A stretch of 39,892 nucleotides of DNA from a virus (IMGVR_UViG_3300009117_000002:1-39892); one strand, 5' to 3'. Numbered from the stretch's first letter, positions 1-8,867 are shown. Notes: generated from the sequence alone by a model not told the origin. Numbers and translations are program-made.

Positions 1-20
1 CCTATAGGAGTGGCCCATAT
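1..20. repeat. Terminal overlap; 1-20 identical to 39873-39892 (circular/complete phage contig)
   Basis: CCTATAGGAGTGGCCCATAT at both ends; gene order is continuous across the junction. Confidence 0.9.
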
Positions 21-72
21 CGGCGGAGAGGAGCCGATACAAGCAGGTTCAAATCCTGCCCTGCCCCTGCAA
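1..72 (+). ncRNA. 3' half of a tRNA-like RNA spanning the circular junction (continues from 39813)
   Basis: T-arm GCAGG-TTCAAAT-CCTGC 43-59; 7-bp variable-arm-like stem TATCGGC/GCCGATA 18-39; CCCCTGCAA 64-72 pairs with TTGCAGGGG 39813-39821. Confidence 0.6.
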
Positions 73-232
73 AAATAGAAGCCACTGGGTACGCCTGATG
101 ACGAGGCTCCCGGCCAGCGGAGGGCGGCCCCACAACAATAGAATGAGCCCTTGCAAGTGTACGGCGCCGGCGGCAGTGGGCTGGCCGGGCAGACCGCCGG
201 TGGGCCGTACAAAAATCGAAAGGAGCAAACCA

Positions 233-568
233 ATGACTGACAAAACTGCCGATAGAGACTGGTTGATACAAAGGCTTATGGAAATGCCGGCAGAGATAGA
301 AGCAGCCGAAAGTGAGGTTATCCAGACTGCCATAGACGTCGAGGTTGCAACGATTGCTCTTAGAGACAAAGAGGCTGCCCTTTATAACGAGGGAAAATAT
401 CATCTGGCTGCCCTCACTGCGTCCGAGCAGACAACCGTTACTTTGAAAGAAAGAGACTTGTCCAAGCGCAGACTAGCTTACAACCATAAGCGGAACGAGT
501 TTTCAGCACTGAAAGCGATCGCCCGTCTGATACCTGGTCTAGTAGAACTGAAAGGAGAAAACCAATGA
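233..568 (+). CDS. Hypothetical coiled-coil phage protein
   Basis: AAGGAG RBS before ATG 233; stop overlaps the next start (ATGA). Confidence 0.7.
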   Translation: MTDKTADRDWLIQRLMEMPAEIEAAESEVIQTAIDVEVATIALRDKEAALYNEGKYHLAALTASEQTTVTLKERDLSKRRLAYNHKRNEFSALKAIARLIPGLVELKGENQ

Positions 569-1086
569 GTATAAGCCTGATAGAAGCCATAGAGGACTTC
601 GGCATCCCAGAGGAGCCGGAACAGCGTGAACGGTTCAAAATAGAGACGAAAGACCAGAGCATCTGGGCGCTTCGGAAGATCGCCCAGGCAAAGGCTGCCC
701 AAGATGAAAACACGAAGGCGGCCCAGGCAGAGATAGATCGCATCGCTGCCTGGCGGAACGATGAGAATGAAAAGCTGCAGCGGAGCATCTCCTTCTTCGA
801 GGGGTTGCTACACGAATACTTCTTGGTGCTGAGGGAAAGTGATCCGAAGTTGAAAACATTAAAGCTCCCCCACGGCGCCCTGAAGATGCGAGCGCAGCAG
901 CCGGAGTTTCTGTATGACGATACCGACCTGCTTCCCTGGGCAAAGGAAAACCTGCCTGAGGCCGTGGTCGTGAAGGAGTCGGTCTCAAAAACACCAGTCA
1001 AAAAGCATATCAAGGAAACCGGCGAGATGGTTCCTGGCGTTCAGATGGTGGAGAGGCCGGACAAATTTAGTGTCGAGGTGATATAG
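565..1086 (+). CDS. gam: Host-nuclease inhibitor Gam family protein (Mu Gam-like)
   Basis: WALRKIA...ISFFEGLLHEYF...KTLKLPHGALKMR pattern; lies upstream of a recombinase ATPase. Confidence 0.75.
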   Translation: MSISLIEAIEDFGIPEEPEQRERFKIETKDQSIWALRKIAQAKAAQDENTKAAQAEIDRIAAWRNDENEKLQRSISFFEGLLHEYFLVLRESDPKLKTLKLPHGALKMRAQQPEFLYDDTDLLPWAKENLPEAVVVKESVSKTPVKKHIKETGEMVPGVQMVERPDKFSVEVI

Positions 1087-2199
1087 ATGGCGACGTTTCG
1101 GAAAGCTGTTAAAAGCAGGGCCAAAGCTAGGGTCGGAATTATCGGCCCTAGCGGGTCCGGCAAAACCTACACGGCGCTTAAGATCGCTTCTGGGCTAGGT
1201 GGGAAGATAGCTGTTATCGATACGGAATTCGGGTCGGCTTCAAAGTATGCACAGGAGTTTGACTTCGATGTATGCGAGTTGACCAATTACGATCCTAGAA
1301 ATTACATCGATGCTATTAAGGTGGCAGGGGACGCAGGGTATGACGTGGTTATTATTGACAGCTTGTCTCACGCATGGGCAAGCGAAGGCGGGGCCCTGGA
1401 CATGGTAGAGAGGCTGAAAGTGAAGTATAAGGGGAATAAATGGGCAGCATGGAACGAGGTCACGCCCATCCAGAACCAGCTGATTAATGCCATGCTGCGC
1501 TCACCCGCCCATATAATCGCAACATTGCGCTCCAAGATGGATTACGTACAGACGAAAGACGAAAAGGGATCGACAGTCATCCGCAAGGTTGGAATGGCTC
1601 CTATCCAGCGAGAAGGACTGGAGTATGAGTTTGATGTTATCGGAGATATGGATCTGGCGCACAATTGGGTTATATCAAAAACCCGCTGCCATGCCTTGGA
1701 TAATGCAGTCATCTCCAAGCCGGGCGAGGACGTGGCGCAGGTCCTGAATGAATGGCTATCGGACGGAGCAGACCCGCAGCCATTAACGCAGACACCGGAA
1801 AGGCCATTGCCGACATCGCAGCCACAGCAACCACCACGAGCAGAAGCTCCACCAGTATACAGCAAAAATAATAACGGCGCCTTGTCGGGCATGTCTACTA
1901 ATTCCCAGCAGACAAAAATACATATCGAGGCCGAGAAAAAGGGTTACGATGTGGCGGCCTTGATTAAAAAGCGTAATATCGAATCCGGTAGCACAAAGGA
2001 CCTGACCAAGCAGCAGGCCAGCGATCTTATCACCTGGCTCCTCAAAGCCCCACCAGCTCCGGCGGCAAAAGGACCGCAGGGCGTAGACCCGAACACAGGC
2101 GAGGTCATGGATGGCTCACCGGCTGGTGGCCGCATGCGTGAACCGGGTGAGGATGATGACATTCCCTGGGTGCCTGAACAAGAAGCGCCGCCGTTTTAA
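1087..2199 (+). CDS. AAA_24 / Sak4-like recombination ATPase
   Basis: Walker A GPSGSGKT, IDTE, Walker B VVIIDSLSH, REGLEYEFD; acidic DDDIPW..PF tail. Confidence 0.85.
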   Translation: MATFRKAVKSRAKARVGIIGPSGSGKTYTALKIASGLGGKIAVIDTEFGSASKYAQEFDFDVCELTNYDPRNYIDAIKVAGDAGYDVVIIDSLSHAWASEGGALDMVERLKVKYKGNKWAAWNEVTPIQNQLINAMLRSPAHIIATLRSKMDYVQTKDEKGSTVIRKVGMAPIQREGLEYEFDVIGDMDLAHNWVISKTRCHALDNAVISKPGEDVAQVLNEWLSDGADPQPLTQTPERPLPTSQPQQPPRAEAPPVYSKNNNGALSGMSTNSQQTKIHIEAEKKGYDVAALIKKRNIESGSTKDLTKQQASDLITWLLKAPPAPAAKGPQGVDPNTGEVMDGSPAGGRMREPGEDDDIPWVPEQEAPPF

Positions 2200-2229
2200 C
2201 GTCTCTTTAGGGAGAGGAGAGAATAAGCG

Positions 2230-2425
2230 ATGACAAGGCTTGAAAAAGCACTGCTAGATGCAAACGCTTTAAAAGAATATCTTATGGAAAATGCCTGCCC
2301 GCATGAATTTGGGATGGATGAAAGATAGGAGTGGTCCCTGCGACGCCAGCATGGAGGACTGCGAGGAATGCTGGAACGAAGACGTAGACGAGGCGAGGTA
2401 TGATGAACCGGCCAAACAGACGTGA
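2230..2425 (+). pseudogene. Small Cys-rich phage protein frameshifted by a 4-bp GATG duplication
   Basis: Frame stops at 2326-2328; removing one GATG of GATGGATG gives ..CPHEFGMKDRSGPCDASMEDCEECWNED.. Confidence 0.5.
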
Positions 2426-2687
2426 GCTCGACCCCCGCTGTGCAGAAGAAATCCAGAGGATCGCCCCGGACGCCGTTGCCCGGGGCTGGTCCCCCGAACT
2501 CCTCTGGGAACAGCGGTTCTGGAACATTTGCGCAGGTGGTGAGAACCGGCCCGGCCTGGCCGCTCTGATGAGGCCGGGGGATCGGATTACCGATGTGACC
2601 GAACTATATATCGAGACGACGAATGAGGGCGTAAAACAGCGATTCTATCACCCAGATTTTTGGAAGAAGCATGCAATCAGTGAATAA
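2400..2687 (+). CDS. Hypothetical protein
   Basis: ORF with GAGG RBS, co-directional in the early operon. Confidence 0.6.
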   Translation: MMNRPNRRELDPRCAEEIQRIAPDAVARGWSPELLWEQRFWNICAGGENRPGLAALMRPGDRITDVTELYIETTNEGVKQRFYHPDFWKKHAISE

Positions 2688-2745
2688 TTATGCAGGCTGC
2701 CCTGTTCGTGATGGGTGGGGCAGCCTTAAAGAAGGAGAGGGAGAC

Positions 2746-3621
2746 ATGAGCAAAATAACCGTTACCACTCAAGCTGAATGGGATGCCGTTGATAAGGACT
2801 TCGAGGGGTATATCTACATTAAATCTAGCCCGGACAGTTGCCTAATAGTAGCTGAGCGGAAAGGCTGGGGGGTCGTAGCCCGGGAGAACTCCTCTGTCGA
2901 GGCCTGGGAGAACTCCTCTGTCGAGGCCCGGGAGAACTCCTCTGTCGTAGCCTGGGGGAACTCCTCTGTCGTAGCCTGGGGGAACTCCTCTGTCGTAACC
3001 CGGGAGAACTCCTCTGTCGAGGCCTGGGGGAACTCCTCTGTCGTAGCCTGGGGGAACTCCTCTGTCGTAGCCCGGGGGAACTCCTCTGTCGTAGCCCGGG
3101 AGAACTCCTCTGTCGAGGCCCGGGAGAATGCCCAGATCGCCAAATATTCAGACATAGCGAAATTAACCACATCCGGCAACGCCCGGATCGTGAATGGATA
3201 TCCTCAGACCATCGAGGAATACCTCGATCTGCACGGCATAGCGCATAAGGACGGGGTGGCAACCCTGTATAAGGCTGTTCGTAATGATCTGTGTTCCTTC
3301 CATGTTCATCCCGGCGTCTGGTATGAAGTCGGCAAAACCATACAGCAAAAATGCGACCCCGACGTAAGCCGTGACTGCTCTTTCGGTCTGCATGTTTCAC
3401 ACCTTCAGTTGGCGCTGGACTTCGGCAGAGGTAATAGCGATAAATTCAAGATCATAGAGGTCGCTGTTCCGATTGCCAATATCGTGTTGCCGCATCGATG
3501 TGACGGAAAAGTCAGAACATCGGAATTGACAGTGCTGCGGGAAGTACCGCTGGAAGAGTGCGGTCTGTACGGGAAGATGCTGGCCAAGAGGCGGGAGAAA
3601 GAAAAGGCAACTGCCGGGTAA
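2746..3621 (+). CDS. Octapeptide-repeat (beta-solenoid-like) phage protein with a C-terminal YKAV..C..GLH..GKVR domain
   Basis: GGAGAGGGAG RBS before ATG 2746; V[VE]A[RW][EG]NSS repeats. Confidence 0.8.
   Translation: MSKITVTTQAEWDAVDKDFEGYIYIKSSPDSCLIVAERKGWGVVARENSSVEAWENSSVEARENSSVVAWGNSSVVAWGNSSVVTRENSSVEAWGNSSVVAWGNSSVVARGNSSVVARENSSVEARENAQIAKYSDIAKLTTSGNARIVNGYPQTIEEYLDLHGIAHKDGVATLYKAVRNDLCSFHVHPGVWYEVGKTIQQKCDPDVSRDCSFGLHVSHLQLALDFGRGNSDKFKIIEVAVPIANIVLPHRCDGKVRTSELTVLREVPLEECGLYGKMLAKRREKEKATAG
2872..3129 (+). repeat. 24-bp coding tandem repeat, 10 full copies plus 1 partial
   Basis: Unit GTCG(TA/AG)GCC(C/T)GGG(A/G)GAACTCCTCT. Confidence 0.95.
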
Positions 3622-3702
3622 TGCCTTTCAATTCATATAAATCCTGCCCGGGCTCCGGTCCGGGCGGGGTAACCTTTTAGGGGGGATGGTGAGGGAAGAA
3701 GA

Positions 3703-4974
3703 ATGTATATCAGTTTTCACGACTTACAAATAGAGCAAAAGCGTAATCTTGACTATAAACTTGAAACAGCAGTAAAGGCCATAAAATCCGGCCTGGCTGT
3801 ATGCAAGCATCGGCCGGCGATAGCCTTCTCAGGAGGAAAGGACAGCACTGTCCTCTGGCATCTGATACGGACACGCTTCCCGGAATGGGCAGACCGGATA
3901 GTCGTCATCTACGGGAACACCGGCGTAGAATATCCGGAATGCGTCCGCTTTGCGCGCCAGCTGGGTGAGGAATGGGGAAAGGAAACCGCAGGATTTTACG
4001 AGGCCACTCCCGGCCGCACTGAAGCGGACGGATTGAAATATAAGGCGCAGCAAGAAGTACTGCAGCATCTGATCAAGACCGATCAGGTCAGGTCCGTCCT
4101 GAAGGCTGACGGGAAGCTGAAAACGACGCAAGCTCTGGAGAGGGCTTGCCCTCCCGAACTGCGAGGAAAATTCGAACGAGAGCGGTTGATCTGGCCTGCC
4201 GGGACAAGAAAGAGCTATAGGTGGTGCGTAGACCAGTATGGCTGGCCACTACTGGGAAAAGCCAGGAGCAAACTCAAGGCGCGTCGGATCAACATCGATT
4301 GTTTCTTGCGGTTCAGCCATAGCGAAAGTACTGACAAAAAACTGCTAAGCTATTACGACTTGCTTCGGCAGGTGAAGTTTTCTCAAGCATGCTGCGACAT
4401 TCTCAAAAAGGAACCGTCCGAGCGGTTGCAAGCGCAGCTGGACGTGGATGTGATATTTAAGGGCCTGATGGCATCGGAGAGCCGGACGCGGCAGACCAAT
4501 TTCGTCACTAGAGGATACCTCTTCCGGTCGCACAGAGATCACCTGGGGGGCAATCCATTCTACCACTGTAACCCGCTTTCAATCTGGACGGATGATGATA
4601 TCTGGGAATATATCAGGCGGTTCGACGTACCCTATGCGTCACTGTATGACATGGGATGGAGAGACGATCAGGGTGTTTTCCACAAGATCAAGCGCAACGG
4701 CTGCATGGGATGTGCTACAGATTTACTGTTCCCGAACAACCACATGGCAATGCTGAGGCGCACACATCCGCGGTACTGGGAGACGTATATGAGGAGAGGC
4801 ATGGCCGCTGAAATTCAGAAAATTCAAATTGCCAAAAGGGGCGGGCAGATGTCCATGTTCGATATGTATGATACCGAATACTTAATTGAGCGCTCGCCAT
4901 GTGTATTTGATAGCGTCGAGGACCTGGTCATGTATGATGTCACGATGGAAGAGTATGACCCGGAGGTAGCGTAA
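3703..4974 (+). CDS. PAPS reductase family (PP-loop) protein
   Basis: AFSGGKDS, NTGVEYPE, CCDILKKEP, PLSIWTDDDIWEYI, RNGCMGC. Confidence 0.85.
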   Translation: MYISFHDLQIEQKRNLDYKLETAVKAIKSGLAVCKHRPAIAFSGGKDSTVLWHLIRTRFPEWADRIVVIYGNTGVEYPECVRFARQLGEEWGKETAGFYEATPGRTEADGLKYKAQQEVLQHLIKTDQVRSVLKADGKLKTTQALERACPPELRGKFERERLIWPAGTRKSYRWCVDQYGWPLLGKARSKLKARRINIDCFLRFSHSESTDKKLLSYYDLLRQVKFSQACCDILKKEPSERLQAQLDVDVIFKGLMASESRTRQTNFVTRGYLFRSHRDHLGGNPFYHCNPLSIWTDDDIWEYIRRFDVPYASLYDMGWRDDQGVFHKIKRNGCMGCATDLLFPNNHMAMLRRTHPRYWETYMRRGMAAEIQKIQIAKRGGQMSMFDMYDTEYLIERSPCVFDSVEDLVMYDVTMEEYDPEVA

Positions 4975-5558
4975 TGAATACGTTTCCGGATAGAAAATAC
5001 GATATCGTTTACGCTGATCCGCCTTGGAGCTACCGGGACAAAGCCGCTGCGGGGAACAGGGGAGCCGGGTTTAAATACCCATGCATGAATCTAGAGGCAA
5101 TCAAAGCCCTGCCCGTAGGAGATATGGCCGCCGAATCCTGCGCCTTGTTTTTGTGGGTTACAATGCCCTTCCTACAGGAGGGGCTGGACGTGCTGGCTGC
5201 CTGGGGATTCATCTATAAGACCGTAGCCTTTACCTGGATCAAGACCACAAAGCACGGCAAGCTATGCTGGGGTATGGGCAACTGGACACGGGCCAACACA
5301 GAGGTCTGTTTGCTGGGAATCAAGGGCAAACCGAAGAGGATTAGCGCCGGTGTCCATCAGGTGATCATGGCGCCGATCCGGGAACACTCCCAAAAGCCAG
5401 ATGAAGTAGGGGAGAGGATCGTTCAGTTGTTAGGGGACGTGCCGAGGATAGAGCTATTTGCTCGGAAGAGGGCGCCCGGCTGGGCCGCCTGGGGAAACGA
5501 AGTCGGAAAGTTGGATGGGTTAGTAACGGATAAAAAACCAACCGAAGATCGTGGATAG
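4974..5558 (+). CDS. MT-A70 family N6-adenine methyltransferase
   Basis: IVYADPPW, LFLWVT, AWGF.YKT..F.W.K, HSQKP, IELFAR..PGW..WGNE. Confidence 0.9.
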   Translation: MNTFPDRKYDIVYADPPWSYRDKAAAGNRGAGFKYPCMNLEAIKALPVGDMAAESCALFLWVTMPFLQEGLDVLAAWGFIYKTVAFTWIKTTKHGKLCWGMGNWTRANTEVCLLGIKGKPKRISAGVHQVIMAPIREHSQKPDEVGERIVQLLGDVPRIELFARKRAPGWAAWGNEVGKLDGLVTDKKPTEDRG

Positions 5559-5576
5559 CTGGGGGTAAAAGTTAGT

Positions 5577-6548
5577 ATGGGTGATACAGAAGGCAGATAT
5601 ATACGCATTAAATCAAGATTTTGGAGCGATGAAAAGGTAGTGTCTTGGGACAACGACACAAAACTACTTGCTCTTTATCTTTTAACATCGCCGCACAATA
5701 ATATTTTAGGCTGTTGCGTCCTTCCCGAACTGTATATATGCGCTGATTTAGAATGGTCTGCCGAACGGTTAAGCAAACCGTTTCAAAAACTGCTTGACGA
5801 TGAGTATATCAAATACGATAAAAACTGCCGCCTATTATTCATAAAAAACTATCTCGCGCATAACCCAATACGCAATGGCAATCAGGTAGTGGCAGCCAAC
5901 AAGCAGCTTAGAGAACTACCTAAAAGCCCATTACTGCAAGACTTGAAACAGTCTATCAAACAGTTAAGCAAACCGTTCCTTGAACCGTTATTGAAACAGA
6001 TCGGCGATCCTGTAACTGTATCTGTAACTGTATCAGTAGATAAAGATATAAAAGATCTATGCGCGCCGTCAGGCGCGCCGGAAAGTGCACCTCAACCAGA
6101 ACCTTTGTCAGCCAGCGATAATAACGGAGAAGCAGCGGGCCAAGACCCTGCACCTAGTGGAGAAGCAGCGCGTAGCGCGGGCCATGATCCCAAGGGTGAA
6201 GGCGAGCAGCAGGCCAGGACACCGTTTAAGAGCAAAAAACAGGAAGCTAGATTTGATCAGTTTTGGGCGGCCTTTCCCAAGAAGCGGTCGAAGGGTCAGG
6301 CGGAGAAAGCGTGGGTAAAGCTCCAACCGGACGAGCAGCTTCTGGATGTCATATTGACAGCCATTGAGCAGGCCAAGAAATCCGAGGAGTGGCGCAAAGA
6401 AAACGGGCGTTTTATCCCTTACCCGGCTTCTTGGCTGAACGCCAAGGGATGGGAAGACGAATATATCAACGGCATTCCGCCCGATGAGCATAAACCTAAG
6501 CCTTCGCCTACGGAAACGACGGACTATACTGACGTTTATATAACTTAA
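5577..6548 (+). CDS. Phage replication initiator
   Basis: N-terminal FWSD..KLLALYLLTSPHNN wHTH; C-terminal FDQFW..FPKK..K..AEKAW..YPASWLN; internal iterons. Confidence 0.8.
   Translation: MGDTEGRYIRIKSRFWSDEKVVSWDNDTKLLALYLLTSPHNNILGCCVLPELYICADLEWSAERLSKPFQKLLDDEYIKYDKNCRLLFIKNYLAHNPIRNGNQVVAANKQLRELPKSPLLQDLKQSIKQLSKPFLEPLLKQIGDPVTVSVTVSVDKDIKDLCAPSGAPESAPQPEPLSASDNNGEAAGQDPAPSGEAARSAGHDPKGEGEQQARTPFKSKKQEARFDQFWAAFPKKRSKGQAEKAWVKLQPDEQLLDVILTAIEQAKKSEEWRKENGRFIPYPASWLNAKGWEDEYINGIPPDEHKPKPSPTETTDYTDVYIT
5943..6060. repeat. Putative replication origin: five tandem 12-bp iterons plus AT-rich repeats
   Basis: ttgaaacagtct/atcaaacagtta/agcaaaccgttc/cttgaaccgtta/ttgaaacagatc, then CTGTAACTGTAT x2; GTTAAGCAAACCGTT also at 5768-5782. 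Confidence 0.65.
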
Positions 6549-6562
6549 GGGGGGGTGATCCC

Positions 6563-6814
6563 TTGCGTGTCATACTAGGCGACCATGCCCGGCAGCGCTT
6601 CCGGAGCCGGGGCGGTACCGGAAAACTCTCTCCTGCCCGGGTGGAAAAGAGCCTGCAGCACACTTTGCGCTTGGGGGTGGCCATGATGAATGATGCGGTT
6701 AGGACGCAGATCGACTATCACCTCGATGCGGTCTGTATGCCTTTGAGCGGGGCGGAAGGAGGGAGCTGGATATGCGTGACGGTGGAGCCGAGGGAGCCCA
6801 GGGAGACAGCTTGA
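6563..6814 (+). CDS. Hypothetical protein
   Basis: GGGGGTG RBS, TTG start; stop overlaps the next ORF. Confidence 0.55.
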   Translation: MRVILGDHARQRFRSRGGTGKLSPARVEKSLQHTLRLGVAMMNDAVRTQIDYHLDAVCMPLSGAEGGSWICVTVEPREPRETA

Positions 6815-7095
6815 TTGAGGTGCGGCTGCCGAAATGCAGGGTGTTCTTGACACCGGCAGAGATCGGCTATTTGCTCCGGAAGGACCCGTATTTTTTCGCA
6901 ACGGTCATCGGCCGGAGCAAGGGGATACTGAGGGCCAGGGCCGGCCTGGGAGAGGAGAAAAACCGATGGCTACACAAAAACAGATTAATTTCATCCTGGC
7001 TCTCTATGAAAAACTGGGGCAGGAGCCGGAAGACGACATTGAGGAGCTATCCACAAAGGAGGCCCACAGCCGGATTAAGGAGCTGCTGGCGATGA
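6811..7095 (+). CDS. Hypothetical protein (3' end uncertain)
   Basis: GGGAG RBS before TTG 6811; long overlap with the next ORF suggests a lost stop. Confidence 0.4.
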   Translation: MIEVRLPKCRVFLTPAEIGYLLRKDPYFFATVIGRSKGILRARAGLGEEKNRWLHKNRLISSWLSMKNWGRSRKTTLRSYPQRRPTAGLRSCWR

Positions 7096-7115
7096 AAGGG
7101 GATGTAGGCAGGTGA
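6966..7115 (+). CDS. Small hypothetical protein (ATQKQ...LSTKEAHSRIKEL motif)
   Basis: GAGGAG RBS; common phage 'AT.KQ...LT..EAS..I' motif. Confidence 0.65.
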   Translation: MATQKQINFILALYEKLGQEPEDDIEELSTKEAHSRIKELLAMKGDVGR

Positions 7116-7465
7116 CCCGCCTCACCCATCAGCAGGCACAGAAGCTGGGCATCCAACCGCGGTCGAAACCGGCCGCGGCCCCCAGCCCGAAGGAGAGGGA
7201 TATCCAGCGGCAGATTAAGGAGTACCTGCAGTGGCAGGGCTGGTTCTGCGTGAAGATACATCAGAGCTTAGGCAGCTACCGGGGCATCGCCGACCTGTAC
7301 GCCATACGGGACGGCCGCTCCATCTGGATCGAGATAAAGACCTCTGCCGGCAGGCAGTCCGACGACCAGAGGCAATTTCAGGCGGACATAGAGGGGCACG
7401 GGGGAACGTATATTGTGGCTAGGAGTGTGGAGGATGTGGAGAAACTGGGGAGGGGAAAGAAGTGA
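7112..7465 (+). CDS. VRR-NUC domain nuclease (Holliday junction resolvase-like)
   Basis: ERDIQ..I, GIADL, WIEIKT..GRQS..Q, YIVARSVEDV. Confidence 0.9.
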   Translation: MTRLTHQQAQKLGIQPRSKPAAAPSPKERDIQRQIKEYLQWQGWFCVKIHQSLGSYRGIADLYAIRDGRSIWIEIKTSAGRQSDDQRQFQADIEGHGGTYIVARSVEDVEKLGRGKK

Positions 7466-7698
7466 ATAAGATGTCTCTTAAAGAAAAGGAGCTTGAGCAA
7501 GAGCTTATCGATCTGCTCAGAACCAAAAAGATAGAACTCTGGAATGAAAACAAAAAGCTGAAAGCTGCTTTAAGAGTAGCTGGTGAGGCTATGCAGGAAT
7601 TTGTGGATAAGGTAGAACGCGGAGAAATATGGTCAAAGCGCACATATGAGAAATTTAAAGAGATTTTATCCGCTTACCAGGGGAGAGATGAGGAATGA
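7462..7698 (+). CDS. Hypothetical coiled-coil protein
   Basis: ORF translationally coupled to the VRR-NUC gene. Confidence 0.6.
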   Translation: MNKMSLKEKELEQELIDLLRTKKIELWNENKKLKAALRVAGEAMQEFVDKVERGEIWSKRTYEKFKEILSAYQGRDEE

Positions 7699-7809
7699 AA
7701 TACCTTGAGTATTTTGCCGCTGGCTTCTTCTGTGCGCTGGGAGCTGTGACAGCGATTGCGATTGTATGCTGGGTTGTGGGGTTGCTGGGATGATACTGGG
7801 GGGTTGGCT

Positions 7810-8259
7810 ATGCGTGTTTTAGATGCAACTTGCGGCAGCCGTATGATATGGTTTGACAAGCAGAATCCAGATGTCCTGTACATGGACAACCGGCAATTGA
7901 CATCAGTTTTATGCGACGGCCGCATACTCAACGTGGCGCCTGATATGGTAGCGGACTTCCGGCATATGCCATTCCACGACAACACCTTTTACTTAGTTGT
8001 TTTCGACCCGCCGCATTTAAGGAGTGCCGGTAAAGAATCCTGGCTAGCTAAGAAGTACGGGCTGCTTTCTGATGACTGGCAAGCCGATATCCGGCAGGGT
8101 TTCAGCGAGTGTATGAGGGTGCTGAAGTCAAACGGCGTATTAATCTTCAAGTGGAATGAGGACCAGGTCAAGTTAGGAGAGGTGTTGAAGGCTGTCGGCA
8201 GACGACCTCTTTTCGGGAACAGGAGAAGTAAGACGCATTGGATGGTGTTTATGAAATGA
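7810..8259 (+). CDS. SAM-dependent (amino) DNA methyltransferase
   Basis: VLDATCGSRM, VVFDPPHL, ECMRVLK..GVLIFKWNE. Confidence 0.85.
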   Translation: MRVLDATCGSRMIWFDKQNPDVLYMDNRQLTSVLCDGRILNVAPDMVADFRHMPFHDNTFYLVVFDPPHLRSAGKESWLAKKYGLLSDDWQADIRQGFSECMRVLKSNGVLIFKWNEDQVKLGEVLKAVGRRPLFGNRRSKTHWMVFMK

Positions 8260-8342
8260 AGCAAAAACCCCCACCGGAGTGAGGGCATATGAAAAAACCA
8301 GCTAAATTAAGTATATCAAATCCGGCGAGGGGTGGCAATAGA

Positions 8343-8867
8343 ATGGCTAAACGACAGAAAAAATCAGATATAGAGAAAATCATAGAGCGGGCGGTAAAGG
8401 AAGGTATTGAGGCTGGACGCAAAGAGGCGGAGCGGGCGCCGATAGATGCGTACAGGGCCACCGAGCGCCGGCTGTATGCCCTGCCAGTACTGGTGAAAAA
8501 AGTCCAGGACGCCCGGGAGAAGCTACAGGAGCTGCTTGACCACGGCCTGCACGAGAGGAGCAGGGATGTTGTCCGGTTCCATCGCTCCGGCCGGCGGCAA
8601 TCCCAAGATGAAATCTTTGACGCACTTGTTACCGATATCAAGTCCGGTATCGCAGCTGATGAGACGGAGATAGAAACGATTAAGAAGGCGCTAAAAAATA
8701 TCGAAGATGACAACTACTACCTGGCTGTCAAGGGGAAATATATCGACGGCCTTTCCGATGACGAAATTGCAAAAGCGGTTTCTTGCGACCCCAGCACCGT
8801 GAGGCGTAATAGAGGCCGTCTGGTGCGGATTCTGGCGGTTTGGCTCTACGGTGCTGAGGCGGTTTGA
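8343..8867 (+). CDS. RinA/ArpU-like late transcriptional activator
   Basis: C-terminal HTH (KYIDGLSDDEIA....DPSTVRRNR); last early gene before the terminase. Confidence 0.75.
   Translation: MAKRQKKSDIEKIIERAVKEGIEAGRKEAERAPIDAYRATERRLYALPVLVKKVQDAREKLQELLDHGLHERSRDVVRFHRSGRRQSQDEIFDALVTDIKSGIAADETEIETIKKALKNIEDDNYYLAVKGKYIDGLSDDEIAKAVSCDPSTVRRNRGRLVRILAVWLYGAEAV

Noticed and set aside
95-140. CTGATGA suggesting a hammerhead or tRNA-associated ribozyme
   Set aside because: Could not find the GAAA partner or the required stems, nor an HDV-like fold, by eye
2872-3129. Possible CRISPR array
   Set aside because: Units are contiguous with no unique spacers and stay in frame within a CDS
2814-3400. 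Repetitive minus-strand ORFs (TTEEFP / RQRSSP repeats)
   Set aside because: Shadows of the 24-bp repeat in the plus-strand gene
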